A stretch of 64,000 nucleotides of DNA from Eledone cirrhosa (taxonomy: Eukaryota), in the NCBI GenBank assembly GCA_964016885.1, contig OZ024740.1:403124001-403188000 (forward strand), read 5' to 3'. Position 1 is the stretch's first letter. Each line of letters begins with the position of its first letter. A model generated the notes under the pieces. It searched no databases. It was given only the letters and a program-made list of their open reading frames with translations, and was not told the origin of the DNA. Below, in pieces: positions 53,940-64,000 of this stretch. The translations under genes and the position numbers were made by a program.

Positions 53940-54469
53940 ATAACAAAGAACTCATCACGTTTGTCTAAGTGTGTATTGTATCTCGCCTAAATCTTGTATT
54001 AATATGTAATTGTGAGCTAGGAGTTGTTATATTTTAAGGAAGATGCATATTATAACACATCTCTTAATATCCAATATATCTCTCTTCTTTCCGCCTACCT
54101 ATACATACACACACGCACATACATACATACATACATACATACATACATACATACATACATACATACATACATACATACATACATACATACATAAGTACAT
54201 AATTCGTACAAACAGAGACAGATATACATCCATAAATGCTGCATACATGTATACATAAATTCAATTATGTTTGAGTGTTTGAGTCTCAGTTAAAATGTAT
54301 GAATGTGTATGTGTGTATATATATATATGTGCATCTCTGTGTATGAATATGAATATTATGTGTTCTTCATTTCTTCTCGTCTCAGTTAAGAAAATCGGAG
54401 CCGTAAGCCATCATAAAGACAAATGAATGTGTTATGATCATTTCCAGAATGGTAAAAATAAAAGTAAAT

Positions 54470-55835
<1,366 letters not shown>

Positions 55836-56029
55836 CATTTTTTCTGAAAACTTTTCTTTCTACATTTGTTATTCTTATTGACATGGTTGAAACGGGTGTC
55901 GTTATCGTTGCCTCAGTTTCATATATATTCATCCTTTTACCAGACACATCCTTCAAGATGCTGTCTATATTTTAACATGCCACCGGGCAGAGGTGACTCC
56001 TCCAGTCTTTCATTATTTATTACCATTAT

Positions 56030-56205
56030 TTTGTTGCCATTGTTGCCATTGTTGTTGTTGTTGTTCTTCTTCTTCTTCTTCTTCTTTTTATTATTAATGT
56101 TATCAATGCTATAGCGTTGTTGTTATCATTATAGTGAAGGCGATGATCATCATCGTTATCAACGACAACAATAGCAACAACAACAACAGCAACAACAACA
56201 GCATC

Positions 56206-56251
<46 letters not shown>

Positions 56252-56815
56252 GCAGCAGCAACAAGAACAACACCAACAACAAGAACAACAACTACAACAA
56301 CAGCAACAACAACAACAACAACAACTACAACAACAACAACAACGACTACAACTACCACAACAACAACCACAACAACAACAACTACAACAACAACAACAAT
56401 AGCAACATCAATAACAACAACAGTAACAACAACAACAACAACAGCAATCACAACCACAACTACAACCACAACAACAACAACAATATCTACAACAACCATA
56501 ACAACTACGACAACAACAACCACCACAGCAACAACAACTACAACCCCAACAGCAGCAACCACAACAACAACAACCGCCACCACAACAATAGCAACAACAA
56601 CAACAACAACCGCCACCACCACCACCATTACCACCACCGCAACAACAACAACAACAACTACAACAACAACTACAACCACAACAATCACAACAGCAACAAC
56701 AACTACAACCCCAACAATAGCAGCAACCAAAACAACAACAACAACAACCGCCATCACCACCACTACAAAAACAACAACAACAACAACTAAACCACAACAA
56801 CAACAACAGCACCAA
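56030..56815. repeat. (AAC)n-rich trinucleotide tract
   Basis: Visible repeat. Confidence 0.95.
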
Positions 56816-56884
56816 CTGTATTTTAACCATTACCTTCGTACTTTCTTCTCTAAAGTTGTTCGTTATAAATATTCTCCGATGTCA

Positions 56885-59800
56885 GCTACTTTTGCATATT
56901 TGTTACTTTTGTACATATTTGTTACTTTTCTATATATTTGTTACTTTTCTATATATATGTTACTTTTCTCTCTATTTGTTACTTTTGTACATATTTGTTA
57001 CTTTTCTATATATTTGTTACTTTTCTATATATATGTTACTTTTCTCTCTATTTGTTACTTTTGTACATATTTGTTACTTTTCTATATATTTGTTACTTTT
57101 CTCTCTATTTGTTACTTTTCTATATATTTGTTACTTTTGTACATATTTGTTACTTTTGTACATATATGTTACTTTTCTCTCTATTTGTTACTTTTCTATA
57201 TATTTGTTACTTTTCTATATATTTGTTACTTTTCTATATATTTGTTACTTTTCTATATATTTGTTACTTTTCTATATATTTGTTACTTTTCTATATATAT
57301 GTTACTTTTCTCTCTATTTGTTACTTTTCTATATATTTGTTACTTTTCTATATATATGTTACTTTTCTATATATTTGTTACTTTTCTATATATTTGTTAC
57401 TTTTCTATATATTTGTTACTTTTCTATATATTTGTTACTTTTGTACATATTTGTTACTTTTCTATATATTTGTTACTTTTCTATATATTTGTTACTTTTC
57501 TATATATATGTTACTTTTCTATATATTTGTTACTTTTCTATATATATGTTACTTTTCTATATATTTGTTACTTTTGTACATATTTGTTACTTTTCTATAT
57601 ATATGTTACTTTTGTACATATTTGTTACTTTTCTATATATATGTTACTTTTCTATATATTTGTTACTTTTCTATATATATGTTACTTTTCTATATATATG
57701 TTACTTTTCTATATATATGTTACTTTTCTATATATATGTTACTTTTCTATATATATGTTACTTTTCTATATATATGTTACTTTTCTATATATATGTTACT
57801 TTTCTATATATTTGTTACTTTTCTATATATTTGTTACTTTTCTATATATATGTTACTTTTCTATATATATGTTACTTTTCTATATATATGTTACTTTTCT
57901 ATATATATGTTACTTTTCTATATATATGTTACTTTTCTATATATATGTTACTTTTCTATATATTTGTTACTTTTCTATATATATGTTACTTTTCTATATA
58001 TATGTTACTTTTCTATATATATGTTACTTTTCTATATATATGTTACTTTTCTATATATTTGTTACTTTTCTATATATATGTTACTTTTCTATATATATGT
58101 TACTTTTCTATATATATGTTACTTTTCTATATATATGTTACTTTTCTATATATTTGTTACTTTTCTATATATATGTTACTTTTCTATATATATGTTACTT
58201 TTCTATATATATGTTACTTTTCTATATATTTGTTACTTTTCTATATATATGTTACTTTTCTATATATATGTTACTTTTCTATATATATGTTACTTTTCTA
58301 TATATATGTTACTTTTCTATATATTTGTTACTTTTCTATATATATGTTACTTTTCTATATATATGTTACTTTTCTATATATATGTTACTTTTCTATATAT
58401 ATGTTACTTTTCTATATATATGTTACTTTTCTATATATATGTTACTTTTCTATATATATGTTACTTTTCTATATATATGTTACTTTTCTATATATTTGTT
58501 ACTTTTCTATATATATGTTACTTTTCTATATATATGTTACTTTTCTATATATATGTTACTTTTCTATATATATGTTACTTTTCTATATATTTGTTACTTT
58601 TCTATATATATGTTACTTTTCTATATATATGTTACTTTTCTATATATATGTTACTTTTCTATATATATGTTACTTTTCTATATATATGTTACTTTTCTAT
58701 ATATATGTTACTTTTCTATATATTTGTTACTTTTCTATATATTTGTTACTTTTCTATATATATGTTACTTTTCTATATATATGTTACTTTTCTATATATA
58801 TGTTACTTTTCTATATATATGTTACTTTTCTATATATATGTTACTTTTCTATATATATGTTACTTTTCTATATATATGTTACTTTTCTATATATATGTTA
58901 CTTTTCTATATATATGTTACTTTTCTATATATTTGTTACTTTTCTATATATTTGTTACTTTTCTATATATATGTTACTTTTCTATATATATGTTACTTTT
59001 CTATATATATGTTACTTTTCTATATATATGTTACTTTTCTATATATATGTTACTTTTCTATATATATGTTACTTTTCTATATATATGTTACTTTTCTATA
59101 TATTTGTTACTTTTCTATATATATGTTACTTTTCTATATATATGTTACTTTTCTATATATATGTTACTTTTCTATATATATGTTACTTTTCTATATATAT
59201 GTTACTTTTCTATATATATGTTACTTTTCTATATATTTGTTACTTTTCTATATATTTGTTACTTTTGTACATATTTGTTACTTTTCTATATATTTGTTAC
59301 TTTTCTATATATTTGTTACTTTTCTATATATATGTTACTTTTCTATATATATGTTACTTTTCTATATATTTGTTACTTTTCTATATATTTGTTACTTTTC
59401 TATATATATGTTACTTTTCTATATATATGTTACTTTTCTATATATTTGTTACTTTTCTATATATATGTTACTTTTCTATATATATGTTACTTTTCTATAT
59501 ATTTGTTACTTTTCTATATATTTGTTACTTTTCTATATATTTGTTACTTTTGTACATATTTGTTACTTTTCTATATATATGTTACTTCTCTATATATTTG
59601 TTACTTTTCTATATATTTGTTACTTTTCTATATATTTTTTACTTTTCTATATATTTGTTACTTTTCTATATATTTGTTACTTTTCTATATATTTGTTTCT
59701 TTTCTATATATTTGTTACTTTTCTATATATTTGTTACTTTTCTATATATTTGTTACTTTTCTATATATATGTTACTTTTCTATATATATGTTACTTTTCT

Positions 59801-60075
59801 ATATATTTGTTACTTTTCTATATATTTGTTAGTTTTCTATATATTTGTTACTTTTCTATATATTTGTTACTTTTCTATATATATGTTACTTTTCTATATA
59901 TATGTTACTTTTCTATATATTTGTTACTTTTCTATATATTTGTTACTTTTCTATATATTTGTTACTTTTCTATATATTTGTTACTTTTCTATATATTTGT
60001 TACTTTTCTATATATTTGTTAGTTTTCTATATATTTGTTACTTTTCTATATATTTGTTACTTTTCTATATATTTG
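56885..60075. repeat. 19-bp minisatellite, ~165-170 copies
   Basis: Unit GTTACTTTTCTATATAT(A/T)T; 19-nt period read directly. Confidence 0.97.
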
Positions 60076-60254
60076 CACGCCTAAACACTATGCGGCACAC
60101 TCACATAATAAACATAAGCTATATTCCCTTATGTAAACATACAATAATATAAACATTTCACAACTACACATACAAATAGTGTTCTTCCCAATACATCTAC
60201 GTCAGCACACACACACAAATACATGCATATATATATATACATAACAAAGGAAAT

Positions 60255-60428
60255 GTGGTAAGGAACCAGATGGACCATAACGCACCAGAGTACTCAATAC
60301 TTAGGGTAATAGAGTGGGAAATAGGAAAAAGTATGACCCCGACGGCAGAGCTCAAACCGTTTCTGGACTCCAGAAATAGCCGTCGAAACAGCTTGAGCTC
60401 TTCCGTCGGGGTCGTACTTTTTCCAATA
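60255..60428 (-). mobile_element. Family H3 element fragment with fold-back at the hammerhead GAAA
   Basis: Arms 60324-60363 / 60385-60424, both starting at GAAAC..GTC. Confidence 0.7.
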
Positions 60429-60492
60429 TATATACATATATACACATATTTATACTTACATATATATATATATACATATATATGCATATATA

Positions 60493-60607
<115 letters not shown>

Positions 60608-60807
60608 GCATATATATATATATGTTTATCTGTATTTTTGTTGCTCTAGTGATGCGGCTGGACTGCCGACCGCTATATCTGATTTGCTAAGCTGTCTGAA
60701 CGTAATGTTATTACTCTGGGGTCTTTCCTCATCTGAGTGCTCAAGCTACAGACCGATTATGCATACACGCTAGCTTGGCCGTATTCTAAAGCTTCCTCAA
60801 TGCTGTA

Positions 60808-60852
<45 letters not shown>

Positions 60853-60913
60853 CCCGCCCTAGACATATATATGCATATATTTATGTTCATATATAAGTTT
60901 GTATATATGTAAG

Positions 60914-60947
<34 letters not shown>

Positions 60948-61129
60948 TGTATGTATGTATGTATTATGTATGTATGTATGTATGTATACAGTGGGTACAT
61001 ACGAAAGAGAAGAGCCATCAACATATGTGGATGCATAGCGTGTATGCATAATCGGTCTGTAGCTTGAGCACTCAGATGAGGAAAGACCCCAGAGTAATAA
61101 CATTACGTTCAGACAGCTTAGCAAATCAG

Positions 61130-61684
61130 ATGGTCGGGTCGTTGGCGACTAAACTGGCAACCCCACCAAGGTTTCTTGGTGAGGAGGGTGACTTTGGACA
61201 TCCTGCAGGACTAAAAACAAAACCTGTCAAAAGGCAAAGGAGCTCTTAAGAGTCAATGGCCATCCAAAATCACCGGGAGAGATGACCCCTTAGCCTTTGT
61301 CAAGGCAGAATTCTAGGAGAAGGAAAACTCTGATATAACACCTGCAACCCTGATGGTATCCAATGATGTTGACTTGTTCTTCTTTTTGGTAAATATCATC
61401 TTGGTTAAGAGAGTGGGACTGGCTTTGTGCAGTGCCTTTGCTCACTATAAAAGCTTCACGGCACAGGCATTGCTTTATATCTGGAGATCTCTCTGCATTT
61501 GTCGTCGCATGGTACCATGGGCCCAGCACTATGTGTCAATAATTGTCACAAGTGTAGTGTTTGTACCAGAGCTTTCAAGTCGCTGGCTGGACTGGAAAGT
61601 CACACTCGTTCAGCGCATCAGTAGGGGTTCTCCTACATGGATATAAAGTAGTGGCCGTACTCGAAAACGAGTTGGCAGCCACCA
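61130..61684 (+). mobile_element. Non-autonomous RTE-derived element, copy 1 (lacks ~50 bp at 5'), (TATG)n tail
   Basis: Near-identical to 61910-62464. Confidence 0.8.
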
Positions 61685-61857
61685 TGTATGTATGTATGTA
61701 TGTATGTATGTATGTATGTATGTATGTATGTATGTATGTATGTATGTATGTATGTATGTATATGTATGTATATATGTATGTATATGTATATATGTATGTA
61801 TATGTATGTACGTATATGTATATGTATGTATGTATATATATATGTATGTATATATGT

Positions 61858-62464
61858 CAGATCACCAGTTGGTGCTACTGGTAACATGTATCCCAGTACA
61901 ACCTGTCTCATGGTCGGGTCGTTGGCGACTAAACTGGCAACCCCACCAAGGTTTCTTGGTGAGGAGGGTGACTTTGGACATCCTGCAGGACTAAAAACAA
62001 AACCTGTCAAAGGGCAAAGGAGCTCTTAAGAGTCAATGGCCATCCAAAATCACCGGGAGAGATGACCCCTTAGCCTTTGTCAAGGCAGAATTCTAGGAGA
62101 AGGAAAACTCTGATATAACACCTGCAACCCTGATGGTATCCAATGATGTTGACTTGTTCTTCTTTTTGGTAAATATCATCTTGGTTAAGAGAGTGGGACT
62201 GGCTTTGTGCAGTGCCTTTGCTCACTATAAAAGCTTCACGGCACAGGCATTGCTTTATATCTGGAGATCTCTCTGCACTTGTCGTCACATGGTACCATGG
62301 GCCCAGCACTATGTGTCAGTAATTGTCACAAGTGTAGTGTTTGTACCAGAGTTTTCAAGTCGCTGGCTGGACTAAAAAGTCACACTCGTTCAGCGCATCG
62401 GTAGGGGTTCTCCTACATGGATATAAAGTAGTGGCCGTACTCGAAAACGAGTTGGCAGCCACCA
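61858..62464 (+). mobile_element. Non-autonomous RTE-derived bipartite element, copy 2
   Basis: RTE-like 5' UTR motifs (CTGGCAACCCC, AGGAGAAGGAAAACTCTGA) joined to a C2H2-coding RTE 3' end and TATG tail. Confidence 0.75.
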
Positions 62465-64000
62465 TGTATGTATGTATGTATACAGTGGGTACATACGAAA
62501 GAGAAGAGCCATCAACATATGTGGAAGTTGATAGTTTTAACAGTCGGACTTATATCTGTATTACACATTGTTTCGCAGATGTGAACACACCTCTTTCAGA
62601 TACAATGGTCGGGGCATGTTATCTCGGGCCGCCTTTACTGGGTTCCGACCATTTGTTGGTGCTGGGGGTAAGATAGTGCCACGAATTGAATATGTGTTTG
62701 GCGACAACTAGGTATCTTGGTGGCGTCTGATCTACGATGATCAGCTTAGCGACATCAGATACCTCAGTATGTATCCTACTGATGCTGGCAGATCTTCATC
62801 TTGATGCATATGATATTGGTGTCTATGTTGCTTTTGTTGGTTTGGAGATGCTGTTGGATTGTATGGGCATTTTTATGGTGCCATTACTAATCCTAATGTG
62901 GAGCCTGTTTGCTCTGCTTATACATATGGGCTGAGCTGTGTTTGTGGTATATCCGAGGCTCGAGATTGAAATTGCCTAACGATGCAATTCTCTGGTTGCA
63001 GCAAAACAATGTTGTGGGATATTGTAGTATACAAGCATCAGTTGTACTCCCGTTTTCCTGGCTAGCAAGGAAGTCTTCTATCAAGGATGTTCTGTTTAAA
63101 TCCCACCTCCCTGTACCACTTCATGTGGAGGTTCTACAGTCAAGGTTTTATTATCCCCAGTGGGCGCATTATGGACATTGCTCCAACAACGTGGTTCTTA
63201 TCGTTCCAAACGCCTTCGAAATTTGTGTTTAAGCCAAAGATGTTTCATTTTATTCCATGAGAAATACTGTGAACTTGCTGGCATACATCTAAATATTGAC
63301 TAAGACTTTCATCTCTACAATAATTTAAAAGGTAGTGGAAAAGATTCTTTCTCTCATATATACACCAGGGCAGAACACAAAGAACCAAACTCCCACTGCC
63401 ACTGTCTCCGTCTCTCCCACTCTCCCCATCTCTCTTTTGAGCAAATGGGGGTCCACGCACTGACCGAATAAAGAAGGCGTTTCCTCGGAAAGGTGAGAGA
63501 GACGCGCTAGAAGAGGCACTCCATTTACGAGGCTAACACTTGCAGGTAGCCAGCTCTGTGCCGATGGTTGTGAACAAGGAGGTGACCCTAGGGCCAAGGA
63601 CACCAGAAGTGTCCACTGCCATGAGCTAGACCGCAAACCTCTCGGAGAGCGACCGATATTTGGCCAGTTTGCCATCCTCTATCTGAAGTGCAGCAGAACC
63701 TTTTTTCCAAAAGACTAATAATCCCTCTCATCTCCTTTAGGCAAATGGCCTTTAGACCACCGTATTTGGACCTTTCCTCAATTTACCCTACCCAAAGATT
63801 GTTAATAACATGTTCATACATCTTTAAATTGTTTCCCCAACATTGCTCAGATAAACTGTGCACCAATATTTTATATTCTATGTTTTTTCCTTCAAATATT
63901 TATTATTAAAAGACTATATATTCTCTAACATTCTATTAATTCGACTTTGTTTTCCCCTTCAAATGCATATATACAAACATTGTCTTATATTAACACGTAT

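Noticed and set aside
56026-56830. Poly-Asn, poly-Val and poly-Cys ORFs
   Set aside because: (AAC)n low-complexity artefacts; the same applies to YI/HT/CV-repeat ORFs throughout
56856-60152. Three ~1000-aa hydrophobic ORFs
   Set aside because: Translations of a 19-bp tandem repeat lacking stop codons
61858-61940. HDV-like ribozyme at the RTE-derived element's 5' end (ACC-TGTCTCAT-GGT, CTAA-ACTGG)
   Set aside because: Partial resemblance only; no convincing P1 or P2-P3 adjacency could be built by eye. A descriptor search would settle it
62530-63700. Possible LINE relic or host exons
   Set aside because: Only a weak GNFN motif on the minus strand; cannot be supported

Overview
Eukaryotic, AT-rich, repeat-saturated DNA with no recognisable host gene. 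The SINE families and the density of (TA)n/(TG)n/(TATG)n microsatellites suggest an octopus/cephalopod genome (inference). Nearly all long ORFs in the track are microsatellite or minisatellite artefacts. Recognisable content: many tRNA-derived SINEs, RTE and Tx1/L1-type LINE relics, an internally deleted Helitron, a full-length but broken DD36E Tc1 transposon, a solo LTR, and 34-bp and 19-bp minisatellites. The main unexplained signal, invisible in the ORF track, is a set of short non-coding elements lodged in TA/TG microsatellites. They carry type I hammerhead ribozyme motifs (CUGANGA...GAAA-palindromic stem III-UH). Cores look intact at 51356-51421 (-), 51730-51800 (+), 10320-10390 (+) and 32401-32443 (+). 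Several elements form fold-back palindromes whose inversion breakpoints fall in or beside the ribozyme core. This fits Penelope-like pLTR or retrozyme-type elements from several families. All folds were read by eye and none was tested.
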